The position numbers were made by a program, and so were the translations under genes. Shown here piece after piece: positions 40,347 through 51,143 of a DNA stretch of 64,000 nt (the first letter of the stretch is position 1; each line of letters starts with the position of its first letter). Source of the stretch: a virus. Lineage: Duplodnaviria > Caudoviricetes. The stretch lies in IMG/VR virus record IMGVR_UViG_2706795940_000001, positions 29,687-93,686 of that record, one strand, 5' to 3'. The notes beneath the pieces were generated by a model. The model was not told the origin of the DNA and made no database searches. It saw only the letters and a program-made list of their open reading frames with translations.

Positions 40347-41978
40347 GTGAACCAGACGGCGTATGACCGTGTCATCGATGCCTTTCGACAGTACGGGTCC
40401 ATCGTCGAGGAGAAGTCCAATGGCGTAGCGAGCGTTCAGGCCCCCGGTCACTCGGGGGCCGATCGTTCGGTGTCGGTCACCGCCATCGAAGGTCAGGTGC
40501 TCGTCCACTGCTTCTCTGAGCCAACCGAGGAGATCCTCGACAAGATCGGCCTCACGGTGGCGGATCTGTTCGACAACCCCAAGGGTGTCGACTATCGGTA
40601 CGACGACGGCCGGGTTGTTCATCGATCCACCGATAAGAAGTTCTTCCAGCAGGGGAACACCGGTGGCTCCAAGCTCTACCGGGCGTCGAAATTGGGTGAA
40701 TCCGAGGAAATCTGGTTCGCCGAGGGGGAGAAGGATGTCCACGCCCTCGAGCGCCTCGGCCTGGTAGCCACCACCAACGCCGGCGGTGCGGCGAACATCA
40801 AGAACTTCGACCTCACCCCACTGCACGGCAAGCGACTGGTCATCATTCGCGATGACGATGAGGCCGGCATGAAGCATGCCAACGCCCTGTGGTCTGCCCT
40901 CTCGCAAGACGTGCGTTCGATCCGGGTCGTCACCAGCGCCGCGGGCAAGGATGCTGCAGACCATGTTGCCGCACAGCTCGGTGTCGACGACTTCATTGTT
41001 GATGAGTCGTTCGCGAGCCGTGTGGTGCAGCGCGAACTCTGGCAGACCTGGAAGGACAACAAGGACGCCGAACCGGACGTCTTCCTGGCCGTCCTCGAGA
41101 AGGAGATCCGGCGCCTTCGACCACCGCAAGACCTGGCGCAGATGCACAGCTGGGACAACGCGCTCACGAAGTGGTTCGAGTGGTACGAAGCGCCAGAGTC
41201 TGAACGACGGGTCATTCCAACACCGTGGCCCAAGCTCAACCAGGTACTGGCCGGCGGATTCCACGCCGGCCGGTCGTATCTTGTCGTTGCACGACCAGGT
41301 GTGGGTAAGTCTCTCGTGCTTGGCAATGGTGCCTTGTTCGCGGCCATGGAAGCGTGGCAGCAGACCGCCCTGTTCTCTCTCGAGATGGGCCACGTCGAGA
41401 TCGTGTCCCGAATGCTCGCCGCCGGCGGTGACGCCAACTATGGACAGATCACCAAGCGCGAGATCGACGATTTCAACTTCGAGCGGATCTCCCAGTTCTT
41501 CAACCGATCCGCCGGCATGCCGCTCATGATCGGCGACACCCCGAACCTCAACATCGACAAGGCATTCTCCTACGTCGATACCCTCGCCAACCGTGACGAG
41601 GGGCTCGACATCGCGTTCTTCGACTACGCCCAGCTAATCAAGGGGCGCGCAGGACAAAGCACCACAGAGGCCAACGAAGAGGTCTCGCGCGGCCTCAAGG
41701 TGATGTCTCGCACGTACAACATTCCGGTCGTCTCCGCGGCCCAGGCCAACCGTGAGGGCGTCAAAGACGGTGGCGCACCGAAGATGCAGAACATCCGAGG
41801 TGCCGGTGCGTACGAGCAAGATGCCGACGTAATCATCATCCTCGACCTCGAGACTGAGCCGGCGCCACCGCACATGCCCACCGGAATGATCGACTTCATC
41901 GTGACGAAGAACCGCACCGGACCGCAGCAGACCATCTCCATGCAGTGGCGCCCGAACCGCGCGAAAATCACGGAGTAG
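40347..41978 (+). CDS. DNA primase (TOPRIM)-DnaB helicase fusion
   Basis: EGEKD, DDDEAG, KDAAD; ARPGVGKS, SLEM, DYAQL, AQANR, EQDAD, KNRTG. Confidence 0.93.
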   Translation: MNQTAYDRVIDAFRQYGSIVEEKSNGVASVQAPGHSGADRSVSVTAIEGQVLVHCFSEPTEEILDKIGLTVADLFDNPKGVDYRYDDGRVVHRSTDKKFFQQGNTGGSKLYRASKLGESEEIWFAEGEKDVHALERLGLVATTNAGGAANIKNFDLTPLHGKRLVIIRDDDEAGMKHANALWSALSQDVRSIRVVTSAAGKDAADHVAAQLGVDDFIVDESFASRVVQRELWQTWKDNKDAEPDVFLAVLEKEIRRLRPPQDLAQMHSWDNALTKWFEWYEAPESERRVIPTPWPKLNQVLAGGFHAGRSYLVVARPGVGKSLVLGNGALFAAMEAWQQTALFSLEMGHVEIVSRMLAAGGDANYGQITKREIDDFNFERISQFFNRSAGMPLMIGDTPNLNIDKAFSYVDTLANRDEGLDIAFFDYAQLIKGRAGQSTTEANEEVSRGLKVMSRTYNIPVVSAAQANREGVKDGGAPKMQNIRGAGAYEQDADVIIILDLETEPAPPHMPTGMIDFIVTKNRTGPQQTISMQWRPNRAKITE

Positions 41979-41980
41979 TG

Positions 41981-42627
41981 ATGGAACAGCCATTGACTGG
42001 CCATATTTCTAATGTCGCGTGCTACAGTAGAAAGCACATTAGTCCTGAGGAGTCAATAGGCATGTTCGCCAAATTCGAGGTGCGGGAAGAGTCGGAGACC
42101 GTGGAGGTCACTGGCGCTGCGGCCGTCGGGAGATTTCGCGATGGCTACTACGTCACCGAGAACCTCGTGTACCGCCGGATCACGGTTGCCGTGTGGTTCG
42201 ACTCGGAACCGGAGCAGGTACGCCTCGCCTACGTCATGACGCTCGATGCCGGAGGGGGGCCGGAGATCGTCTTCGATCGACTGATCGTCAAGACGCCGAA
42301 CGACGTGTTCGCCAGTCCGCCCGCTTGGTGGGTCAGCGGCCCGGCGGTCCAATACCTCGAGGCGCTGAATCGCGACGCCCCAACAGCGGACTGGGTCAAA
42401 GTTCCAGCGGCGCTGATCAGCGCCGAGATCCGAGAACTGAAGGAGCGCTACTGATGGCGATCGGGGAAGCCGAACTACAGAACATCGCTCGAGAGATCGC
42501 CATCGAAACTCTCTCTTGCCTGGACTTCTCATGGGTCTACGAAAACGTCATGGCCGAGGAGCTCTCCGAGGAGGAGTGCCAACGAGTCCACGACATCATC
42601 AAGCAGGAGCTTCCACACCGTCTATGA
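41981..42627 (+). CDS. Two hypothetical genes (about 41981/42062-42454, 42454-42627)
   Basis: ORFs in operon; first start uncertain. Confidence 0.45.
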
Positions 42628-42914
42628 ATCAGCCATACAAGGTCATCGTCTACTCGAAACCCAATTGCGTGCAATGCAATTACACCAAGCGGTGGCTTCG
42701 TGAGCGTGGCATCGAGTTCGAGACCTTCGACGTCACCACATCCGAGGGCGAGAAGGGGCTCAGGAAGCTCCGCAAGTGGGAGTACCAGCAGGCGCCGGTG
42801 ACGGTCATCCGCTACCCGGACACCCACCGACTCGTCGAGCACTTCGCCGGCTACTCGGTCACCAAGCTCGAGAAGTACTTCCCCAAAGACAAATTCCCTC
42901 GAATCAAGAAGTGA
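42624..42914 (+). CDS. nrdH: NrdH-like glutaredoxin
   Basis: [15 protein letters not shown]. Confidence 0.9.
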   Translation: MNQPYKVIVYSKPNCVQCNYTKRWLRERGIEFETFDVTTSEGEKGLRKLRKWEYQQAPVTVIRYPDTHRLVEHFAGYSVTKLEKYFPKDKFPRIKK

Positions 42915-42924
42915 GGACACAACA

Positions 42925-43434
42925 GTGGCAAACGACACCGTGATCACCGTGATCGGAAACCTGACCGCCGATCCCGAACTGCGCTTCACCCCCTCGGGTG
43001 CGCCGGTCGCCAACTTCACCGTCGCAAGCACCCCGCGGTACTTCGACAAGCAGTCCAACGAGTGGAAGGACGCCGAGGCGCTCTTCCTGCGCTGCAACAT
43101 CTGGCGCGAGCCGGCCGAGAACGTCACCGAGTCGCTGTCCAAGGGCATGCGCGTCATCGTCCAGGGTCGCCTCAAGCAGCGCAGCTACGAGACGAAGGAA
43201 GGCGAGAACCGGACGGTCATCGAGCTCGAGGTCGAGGAGATCGGCCCCGCGCTGCGGTACGCCACCGCCCGCGTGGTCCGAACTCCGCGCAACGGCGGCG
43301 GTGGGCAGGACTACAGCGGCGGCGTGCAGAACCAGAGCATCCGCGACGTCTCGAGTGCGGTCGACAACTTCGCCAACAGCGGCATGTCGTCGAACGACGA
43401 CCCGTGGGCCAACAGCAACGAACCGCCGTTCTGA
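42925..43434 (+). CDS. ssb: Single-stranded DNA-binding protein
   Basis: [15 protein letters not shown]...DDPW...EPPF; close to actinobacterial SSB. Confidence 0.97.
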   Translation: MANDTVITVIGNLTADPELRFTPSGAPVANFTVASTPRYFDKQSNEWKDAEALFLRCNIWREPAENVTESLSKGMRVIVQGRLKQRSYETKEGENRTVIELEVEEIGPALRYATARVVRTPRNGGGGQDYSGGVQNQSIRDVSSAVDNFANSGMSSNDDPWANSNEPPF

Positions 43435-43437
43435 CCA

Positions 43438-43719
43438 ATGGACCCATTCCGCCTCGCATCCGTCTGGATCCCTCCTGAGTACGTCAAGGCGTACCAGGAG
43501 GGGCTAGCGGCCGAGAACTCAACCAAGGACGACTTCGCCCAGGCGCTCACGGATATCCATGTGGCCGTTGCGAAGATGTCGCACCTGATCCAACGCCAGC
43601 CGTTCCCGGTCAGCCAGGTCATGGCTCAGACCCTGGCGGCGATCACGGATGAGGTCACTCGAATAGCGATGGAGCGTTACGTGTTTCGTGAGGTGTTGAC
43701 CATCCCAGACCGCGGGTAG
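43438..43719 (+). CDS. Hypothetical protein
   Basis: ORF in operon. Confidence 0.5.
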   Translation: MDPFRLASVWIPPEYVKAYQEGLAAENSTKDDFAQALTDIHVAVAKMSHLIQRQPFPVSQVMAQTLAAITDEVTRIAMERYVFREVLTIPDRG

Positions 43720-43723
43720 CTGC

Positions 43724-44008
43724 GTGGCAAGCGACTCGCGCGACTGGATGATAGCGGCCCACTGTCGAGGCAAGAACCCACGCAACTGGGAGTCCGACAA
43801 CCGAGGCGGCGGGCAGGAAGGCAGAGCCCACAAAGCCTGTGCACCCTGTGAAATGCACCAGCAGTGCGCCGTCTATCACACCAGAGACCTGAAGAACTGC
43901 CCGCCACTCGGCGTCATCATCTGCGGCATCCCGATCAAGGAAACCAAGGACGAGGACTGGGGCAGGCAGATCGACCAACTACTACACATCGCCAGGGGTG
44001 AATCATGA
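43724..44008 (+). CDS. WhiB-family transcription factor
   Basis: W..AAHC, CAPC....QC (four Cys), GVIICG. Confidence 0.7.
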   Translation: MASDSRDWMIAAHCRGKNPRNWESDNRGGGQEGRAHKACAPCEMHQQCAVYHTRDLKNCPPLGVIICGIPIKETKDEDWGRQIDQLLHIARGES

Positions 44009-45320
44009 GCGACAACCCATTCCAGGACCCAACCGGTCTTCATTTTGAACTCGTTGACGGCGAGACTCCGGCCCTGGTGCACAAGTCCATCAAGGGGGTC
44101 CGGGTCAACGGCCTCGACATCACGAAGTATGTCGAGCGTGGTGGGGTCACCATCACCACCGACCGCAACGATGCCACGGTAGTCCAGGTCCGGTTCCTCG
44201 CCGCGAGCGTGAAGACGGTGAACGAATGAGCTGGAAGATGAACTACCCGGGCAACATCGTGGACGACGTCTTGGCCGACCCTGGGGCCATGTACGGCCCG
44301 TCTGAGCCTCCGCTCGAGGAAACGTTCGTTGCCACAGGCGCTGTGTACGACGCCGAAACCGACCGTACGACAGTCACGTTCAAGCCGGTCGCGCGCAAGG
44401 AGTCGATCGTCCTCGCCGCAAACCGGTACTCCCACGAGCTCGAGCAGCTGCAACGCCTGGACCGCGTCGGACTGCTCAACGCCGCGATCCCATGATCGCC
44501 GCTGCCGTTAACCGGGGCCAGGTGGGATGGAAGGCCAAGATCGGATCACTCGACGGCCTCATCATCGACGTGGCTCACAAGGTCCGCGGCGGGCTCTCAG
44601 ATACGCGAACTCGCCGGCCGATTGACATTCACCTAACCCTGGACACACCCAAGGGCATCAAGCACATAGTCGTCAGCCCTCGGACTGAGGTTCAGATCCT
44701 TCCGTCCATCATGCCAAACCAATGGAGAGAGTGAGCATTTCATGAGTGACTTCTACGACCACACGGAATTCGCAACGGGCGGTCTGGTCATGTTCCCCGA
44801 GCCGACGGAATTCGAGTACCGCGCCCTGTTCTTCGACGACTTCGCCAGCGAGAATGACCGGCACACCGAAGATCTGCTGCGCGCAATCGAGCGGAGTAGC
44901 AACGCGGGCAAATGGATCAAGGTCCCCGAAGGTCATCCCGCCGACATCATCGAGCAAGAGGATGAGGACGAGGGCCTGAAGGTGTTCGTCGTCCTCGGTG
45001 AAGAGCTCACCCGCGTCCGGTCGTACTTCGACGAAGCCGGCAACCAGTGGCTGCGCGAGTACAACGAGGACTGATCGGTGGCTGACACCTGGCCCGAGAA
45101 CGACGAGATGAAGCTCGTAACCAACGAGATTCGGATCGTATACGGCATCGGCGAGGAGGGGGAGCCGATGTACGCGTGCGGTTACGCGCGCGACGGCGAG
45201 TTCGGCCAGCTTCCCGACACCCTGACCGGACTCGGGATGATCAAGGCTCTCGAGCTCGACTACCTAGAGCGCCGCGGAATCATCCACGGATTCGACCCGT
45301 ATGACGCTCCCGAGGAGTGA
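44005..45320 (+). CDS. Five small hypothetical genes (44005-44229, 44226-44495, 44492-44734, 44742-45074, 45078-45320)
   Basis: Coupled ORFs. Confidence 0.55.
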
Positions 45321-45330
45321 TCCGGACTTG

Positions 45331-45765
45331 GTGAGCCGCCGATGCAAGGACTGCGCGGCCGAGGGCATCACGTCCCGGCGTAAGGCGCCGTACCCCGGGC
45401 CGCGGTGCACCACGCACAACCGCAAGAAGCGAAACGACCGGCGCTCTGCCGATCATGCTCGGCGCCTAGAGGCTGTGTACAACATCACCGGGGACGAGTA
45501 TGTCGAGATCCTCGAGCACCAGGATGGCCGGTGTTTCATTTGCCGCCGGGCCACAGGGAAATCGCGGAGACTATCAGTCGACCACTGTCATGAGAGTAGC
45601 GGTGGAGGCTGGGTTCGAGGGTTGTTATGCGGCCCCTGCAACCAGGGGGTCCTGGGGCATCTACGTGACGACCCCGAGGCACTTCAGAGGGCCCTTGACT
45701 ATCTGGCCCACCCGCCCGCATTGGACGTAATCGGCAAGCGATACGTCCCATTCGACGAGGACTAA
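45331..45765 (+). CDS. Endonuclease VII (Holliday junction resolvase-like); start uncertain
   Basis: QDGRCFIC, LSVDHCH, VRGLLCGPCN..LG. Confidence 0.9.
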   Translation: MSRRCKDCAAEGITSRRKAPYPGPRCTTHNRKKRNDRRSADHARRLEAVYNITGDEYVEILEHQDGRCFICRRATGKSRRLSVDHCHESSGGGWVRGLLCGPCNQGVLGHLRDDPEALQRALDYLAHPPALDVIGKRYVPFDED

Positions 45766-45770
45766 TCATC

Positions 45771-46748
45771 ATGATCACCAACATCATCATCATCTGGCTC
45801 ATCGGCGTGTTCATCACCCTGCCTGGCTGGACATACTTGGCCAAGGTCTCCGGTCCGCAGCACTCCCGGGGCGTGTACGTGACGACCGCGGTCCTTGTTG
45901 CGCTCGTCTGGCCGGTGGTTCTCGGAGGGTTGGTCCTGCGTACGATCTTCCGCATCTTGTTTCCGTGGTCATCGAGCCACATCGCCAAGAAGGTCACACA
46001 GATCGCCGGGGACAACAGCACGCAGATCCAATCGGCAGGCGACGCCACCATTCGGATCCACTCCAAGGCGCCCGACAGCCTCGACTGGGAACGCGAGCAG
46101 GTCCGTCAAGCGCAGGCGCAGCGGGGTCGGTAGATGTCCGACGAGGAGGCCCCGAAGCGAGTCCGGAAGGTCGTCGAGACACGACACTTCACAACCGAGG
46201 GGCGCAAGGAGCCGTCCCAGTCGGACCGGGACCGCATCGACCGAGAGTTCCTCAAGGACGTCGCGCTCGCCACTCCAGAGGGGCAGGAGTACTTCGACGA
46301 GGCCTTTGTCAACCTACGTCTGCCGCCCCACGGTGATCTGCCGTCGGTCGAGATGTTCAACCCCATGGGCATTCGTATGGCCGCGGCCTTCCGACGCCTC
46401 GGCTACGTCCGAGTGGAAGACCGCGAAGAGATCCGGTGGATTCCCAGCGCAGGCATGGCCGGCAAGGTCAGCGAGATGGACCAGGGCGTTTGGATTGAAC
46501 GCAACGAGGACGGCACCTGGCCGTCGATGGACCCGCTCGACTACATCGACCCCAACGACATCAAGACCGAGCCCACGCCGGACGACGAGTTCGAAGATGA
46601 GATCGACGCGAACCGTCGATACCGAGCTGTCCACGTCCCGACCGGTCATGTCGCATACGGCCGAAAGCCGTTGAACGCGCACAAGAATCTGATCGAGAAA
46701 CTCGAGCGCATAGAAGCCTCGCGGGAGGGCGATTCCGAGGAAGTGTGA
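45771..46748 (+). CDS. Membrane protein (45771-46133) and hypothetical protein (46134-46748)
   Basis: TM helices; adjacent ORFs. Confidence 0.55.
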
Positions 46749-46764
46749 TGTACTATCTAATGCT

Positions 46765-47472
46765 GTGAGCAACAGTAGACAGATCATCACCGCGGTCGTC
46801 GGATCGCGACTCCACGGCAATGACCGACCAGATAGCGACACCGACCTCCATTCGGTCCACGTCGCCCCCACGATGTCCTTCGCCGGCCTCGGACCAGTGC
46901 CCCAACCATCCATCAGGTACTCCTCGGAGCACACCTCATGGGAGGTGGGGCACTTCTGTCGTCTGGCGATCAAGGGCGAACTGAACACCCTCGAAGTCCT
47001 GTACGCGGAGGACTACCAGCAGCTCGACGGGTGGTTCGCTTCCGGACTCCTCGACCTTCGGTCCGACTTCCTGTCCCAGCGCATCGCCATCAAGTGGATC
47101 GGCTTCGCACAGGGGCAGTGGTACGACGTCCGGGATGCAATCGACAAGGTGCATAACCACAACGGCGACCCGGCCGACATCAAGAAGCCGGCATTTCACC
47201 TGATCCGGGTCATCGATGCGCTCGGGTCAACATGGGAGACAGGGATTCTCAACCCTCGACACCCGCACCCCGACAGGGTCACAGGGTGGATCGACGAGAA
47301 CCATCTCTCCCTCACCTTCCTGGCCCAGCTCCAGGCTGTCATCGACGCCGGCAAGGAGTTCACCGGCACCCAGGCGACACCGCTGCCGCCCGAACCCGAG
47401 ACCAAGCACATCAACCAGTACCTGCACAACGTGCGCGCGCACTGCTTCTTCGAGGAGGGCTTCAAAGGATGA
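46765..47472 (+). CDS. Pol-beta superfamily nucleotidyltransferase (RlaP/YcgL-like)
   Basis: VGSRLHG...PDSDTD; F..LA.KG..N.LEVL; HLIR. Confidence 0.8.
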   Translation: MSNSRQIITAVVGSRLHGNDRPDSDTDLHSVHVAPTMSFAGLGPVPQPSIRYSSEHTSWEVGHFCRLAIKGELNTLEVLYAEDYQQLDGWFASGLLDLRSDFLSQRIAIKWIGFAQGQWYDVRDAIDKVHNHNGDPADIKKPAFHLIRVIDALGSTWETGILNPRHPHPDRVTGWIDENHLSLTFLAQLQAVIDAGKEFTGTQATPLPPEPETKHINQYLHNVRAHCFFEEGFKG

Positions 47473-47786
47473 CCACCTTCTACGTCGACTTCGAGCGTCG
47501 AGCGGCGGAAGTCGACCCCAGTACCTTCGCCGAAGAACTCGAGGCGGCAGGCTTCGAGAGCATGACCGACATCTACAACTCGCTGGTCAACTTCCTGGTC
47601 GAGGCGAAGTTCGACACCTTCCCCCAGTTCACCGCCAAGGTTCTCTACCGAGACTTCGGTGGCGGTGTCACCGACTACCGAGGGCTCGTGGCCGGCCATT
47701 GCATCGACTCGCGGGGACGGTTCACGGTCCTCATGGCAAACGGCGACAAGATCCTCATCCTCAAGCCACGTGAAGGCGAGGTGTGA
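47469..47786 (+). CDS. Hypothetical protein
   Basis: ATGA coupling. Confidence 0.5.
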   Translation: MTTFYVDFERRAAEVDPSTFAEELEAAGFESMTDIYNSLVNFLVEAKFDTFPQFTAKVLYRDFGGGVTDYRGLVAGHCIDSRGRFTVLMANGDKILILKPREGEV

Positions 47787-47787
47787 C

Positions 47788-48417
47788 ATGGCCGACTACA
47801 TCGACCTTGAGAGCCTGGACATCGACCACGTGCTCGAGCACAGCTTCAAGAACTTCCACGTCAAGGGTTTCGACTACATCTGCCTAAACCGCAGTGAGAC
47901 AGACACAGTCAAGCTCTACTTCTTCGAGGATGCCCACGTCGAGACCAATGAGGTCGTCAATCCTCACTGGCATCGATACGACTTCTGGACCACGGCCCTG
48001 ACTGGTGGCGTGCAGAACATCTGGTACGACCGCGGGCCCTCGGGTGTCGCTGGCTCCAAGTGCCAGGAGTACGGCCGATTCGACTACCGGACACCGCTGC
48101 TCGGTGGCGACGGGTTCACGCCCAACGGGACTCAGCTGCTGCACGTGACCAAGGCGCACACGGTTGGCCCCGACATCGGCCGTGGGACGTCCTATTTCAT
48201 GGAGTGGGACGAGATCCACACGATCAACATCGTGAAGCCTGAGACGTGTCTGCTGCTCCACCAGTTCGAAGACAAGGTTCCCGAAGGTACGCCGACCGAG
48301 ACCTTCATCTCCGGAACAGACGTGCCAGACCTCAACGACGGGCTGTACGACTCCATGACAGCAGACGAGGTCATCGCAAAGCTCAAGTGGCTCAACGAGA
48401 AAGTGGGACAGGTGTGA
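47788..48417 (+). CDS. Cupin-like protein
   Basis: PHWHRYDF....L.G and distal EIHTI metal-binding pattern. Confidence 0.5.
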   Translation: MADYIDLESLDIDHVLEHSFKNFHVKGFDYICLNRSETDTVKLYFFEDAHVETNEVVNPHWHRYDFWTTALTGGVQNIWYDRGPSGVAGSKCQEYGRFDYRTPLLGGDGFTPNGTQLLHVTKAHTVGPDIGRGTSYFMEWDEIHTINIVKPETCLLLHQFEDKVPEGTPTETFISGTDVPDLNDGLYDSMTADEVIAKLKWLNEKVGQV

Positions 48418-48817
48418 TCCTCAAAGCCAAGATGCCGGCCTGGATGTACTGGGCCGTCGTCGGACTCAACGTATTCTTTGCGGTCGTCAATGCGGGCATC
48501 CTCATTGCAATGCCCGAGGATGCAACAGGCGCGAATGTGGCCGGACTGCTGTTCGGCACTCTGGTCGCCGGATTCTACGTCTTCGCCTTCGTGCCCAAGC
48601 GTGGCTGGTGGTGGCCGTGAGCAGCAAGAAGCTGAAGAAGCGGATCAAAGTCCTCGAGACCGAGCTCGACGAGCTGCGCCGGCGGATGGTTGCGCTCGAG
48701 GCTGCCAGCTCACCGAAGTCCGAGTTTCCGCCGTACCGGCAATGGTTCGACGCCGGCGTCGAGTCGGGACTGCTTGGCCCGGTGATCAGCGCGCTCAAGG
48801 ACAGTGCGCGCAGGTGA
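48414..48817 (+). CDS. Small membrane protein (48414-48620) and coiled-coil protein (48617-48817)
   Basis: Coupled ORFs. Confidence 0.5.
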
Positions 48818-49012
48818 TCGAGGACGAAGCGCGGGAAGTGTTCGAACAGAACTTCCCGAGTGTCGAATGGACAACTAGCCGTTGGACATTCATGGAGGAC
48901 TACCGGTGACCGAGTTCTGCATCGCATGCGAGCGCGAGAACCCAGGACCAAGACCAGAGGGATGCAGCCGGCTGTGGTGTCTGCCGTGGCTGGAAGACGA
49001 AGAGGAGAGAGA

Positions 49013-49627
49013 GTGACAGACAAGATCAGGGTGGGCATCGACCTTGACGGGGTGATCTACGACTTCGGCGAGGCGTTCGGCAGCTTCCTGCAGGCCGAGT
49101 ATAACTGGCCGGGGGCGATGTGTGCACCTCCGCAGCGATGGACCTTCTACGAAGACTGGGGCCTGACCACCGCCGGGTTCAAGATGGTCTGCAATGAGGC
49201 TGCGGACGCGGGCAGGCTGTGGAATGTGTACGGATGCACCAACTATGCCGTCGTGGACGCATTCAAGGAACTCGCGAACTGCCCCGCAGTCTCCGTGCAC
49301 ATCATCACCGACCGGCACTTCGGCACCCACCCGGCCGTGTCGCATGAGGCCACCGCTCGTTGGCTGCGTGACATCGGATTGCGCTACGACACCCTGACCT
49401 TCTCGCCCGACAAGACGATCGTCGCGACCGACTTCATGATCGACGACAAACGCGAGAACTACACCGAACTTCGCAGCGCCGGCACTGAGGCGTACCTGCT
49501 GGACAAGCCCTGGAATCAGGACTCGGTGCTCCCCGGCACCCCTGCGTCCCATCGAATTCGGTCGGTGGTCGAGTTCGTCGAGATCGTCCTGGATGCCGCC
49601 GTCGAGAAAGAGAGAGTCACACCATGA
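49013..49627 (+). CDS. HAD-superfamily 5'(3')-deoxyribonucleotidase
   Basis: GIDLDGV, IITDR, K, MIDD, PWN. Confidence 0.85.
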   Translation: MTDKIRVGIDLDGVIYDFGEAFGSFLQAEYNWPGAMCAPPQRWTFYEDWGLTTAGFKMVCNEAADAGRLWNVYGCTNYAVVDAFKELANCPAVSVHIITDRHFGTHPAVSHEATARWLRDIGLRYDTLTFSPDKTIVATDFMIDDKRENYTELRSAGTEAYLLDKPWNQDSVLPGTPASHRIRSVVEFVEIVLDAAVEKERVTP

Positions 49628-50757
49628 GCACCATTGAAACCAACGACAAGGGACAGGATTTCGCTGTCTCGACCACCGGTGGCAAGAAGCAGAAGAAGCT
49701 CGCCCGGTACGACCTGATCCCAGCGGGCCCGCTCCTGGAGCTCGCCGAGCTGTACGGCCGCGGCGCCGCGAAGTACGCAGACCGCAACTGGGAGAACGGA
49801 TACGACTGGTCACTGTCGTTCTCGGCCCTCCAGCGCCACGCCTGGCAGTTCTGGGATGGCGAGAACTTCGACGAAGAGACCGGTGCCGCACACCTCGCAT
49901 CCGTCGCGTGGCATGCGCTGGCCCTCCTGCAGTTCATGCAGCAGCAGAAGTACGCGCAGTTCGACGACCGGCCCCGGACCGAGTCCATCGTCGAGGCGGA
50001 CGTGCATGAGGATCACGTGCACATCGATCCCGATCCGGTGGCCACCAGTCCGGAGCCGGCGAACAACGGACCCGATAGGTATGACCGCCTCGAGGATGTC
50101 CCCGTGGGGCAGAAGGTCACCGACAAACACGGCGTGCTGCACCGGTACAGCCACGGGAAGATTGGGTGGGAACGCGCCCACTCCTACGATCGTGACGTGT
50201 GGGTGGATGTCGTCGCCTACAAGTCTCCCGAGCGGGTCGGATACAACTCGATGTACGGTCCGTTCTCCGTCGTGGCGCCCGAGGCTGACGCGATCCAGGT
50301 GGGGGATCTAGTCCTGCGTGACCCGAACTACAGGTGGTTCGATGACGGCCACTTCGAGGCCGGCGTCGACTATCGGGTTGAGTCGAAGACCTTGGACGCC
50401 GCCGCCGCCGGCGGGGCTTACGTCACGATCGCCGGCATGGGCGGCGGTTGGGACATCTCCCGCTTTCGGAAGTCGCCGGCCTCATGCTCGGAGCCGATTC
50501 CTGCTGTGTCCGCGGCCGCAGTCGTGCCCGAGTCCACTACGCACAACGGTCATGTAGTTCGAGGACAGGTCTCGAATCTGTCCACTGCGAACTACAACTA
50601 CGTCTGGCGTGACCGATTCGGCTGCGACTACACGCACGACCGCGACAACTATGAGTGGGTGCGCTCGGACGGTGAGGACGTTCCCGTCTTCCCGCGGGAA
50701 GGCTACGACGCCGCCAATGGTCCCTACACCCGCGTGTGCAAACGGGATGAGCAGTGA
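49624..50757 (+). CDS. dATP/dGTP diphosphohydrolase-domain (DUF5664) protein with long C-terminal extension
   Basis: RYDLIP, GAAKYADRNWENG, ALQRH, DEETG..HLA...W. Confidence 0.85.
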   Translation: MSTIETNDKGQDFAVSTTGGKKQKKLARYDLIPAGPLLELAELYGRGAAKYADRNWENGYDWSLSFSALQRHAWQFWDGENFDEETGAAHLASVAWHALALLQFMQQQKYAQFDDRPRTESIVEADVHEDHVHIDPDPVATSPEPANNGPDRYDRLEDVPVGQKVTDKHGVLHRYSHGKIGWERAHSYDRDVWVDVVAYKSPERVGYNSMYGPFSVVAPEADAIQVGDLVLRDPNYRWFDDGHFEAGVDYRVESKTLDAAAAGGAYVTIAGMGGGWDISRFRKSPASCSEPIPAVSAAAVVPESTTHNGHVVRGQVSNLSTANYNYVWRDRFGCDYTHDRDNYEWVRSDGEDVPVFPREGYDAANGPYTRVCKRDEQ

Positions 50758-51143
50758 GGCCGACATTCGATGAGTACTTTCTCGGGATTGCTGCCGCCGC
50801 TGCCACTCGATCCGATTGTGAACGAAGCCAGGTCGGGGCAGTTGTTGTACGAGATCGTCGGGTCCGATCGACCGGATACAATGGCGCTCCTGTGGGCCGG
50901 CCTGGGTGTCTTAGCTGCCCTCGACGACTTTCGAACTGTGAGCCAGGCAGTAGCTACGACACAGGCCCGAGCGCTTGTGTCGCACTGCATGCCGAGCAGA
51001 ACGCCATCATCTATAGCGACCGGCACGATCTACCTGGCTCGACGATCTATATCACTCGGGCGCCGTGTGACGGGTGTCTGAAGCTGATCCGCGGTGCACA
51101 AATCGGACGGGTCGTGTGGCCTGAAGGAGAAATGAAACCATGA
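50754..51143 (+). CDS. dCMP deaminase
   Basis: RSDC...VGA, TGYNG, HAEQNA, PCDGC. Confidence 0.93.
   Translation: MRPTFDEYFLGIAAAAATRSDCERSQVGAVVVRDRRVRSTGYNGAPVGRPGCLSCPRRLSNCEPGSSYDTGPSACVALHAEQNAIIYSDRHDLPGSTIYITRAPCDGCLKLIRGAQIGRVVWPEGEMKP

Noticed and set aside
49624-50757. 2-aminoadenine (Z) genome or 7-deazaguanine pathway
   Set aside because: No PurZ, DatZ-like HD protein, Que/DpdA or polymerase gene seen in the window
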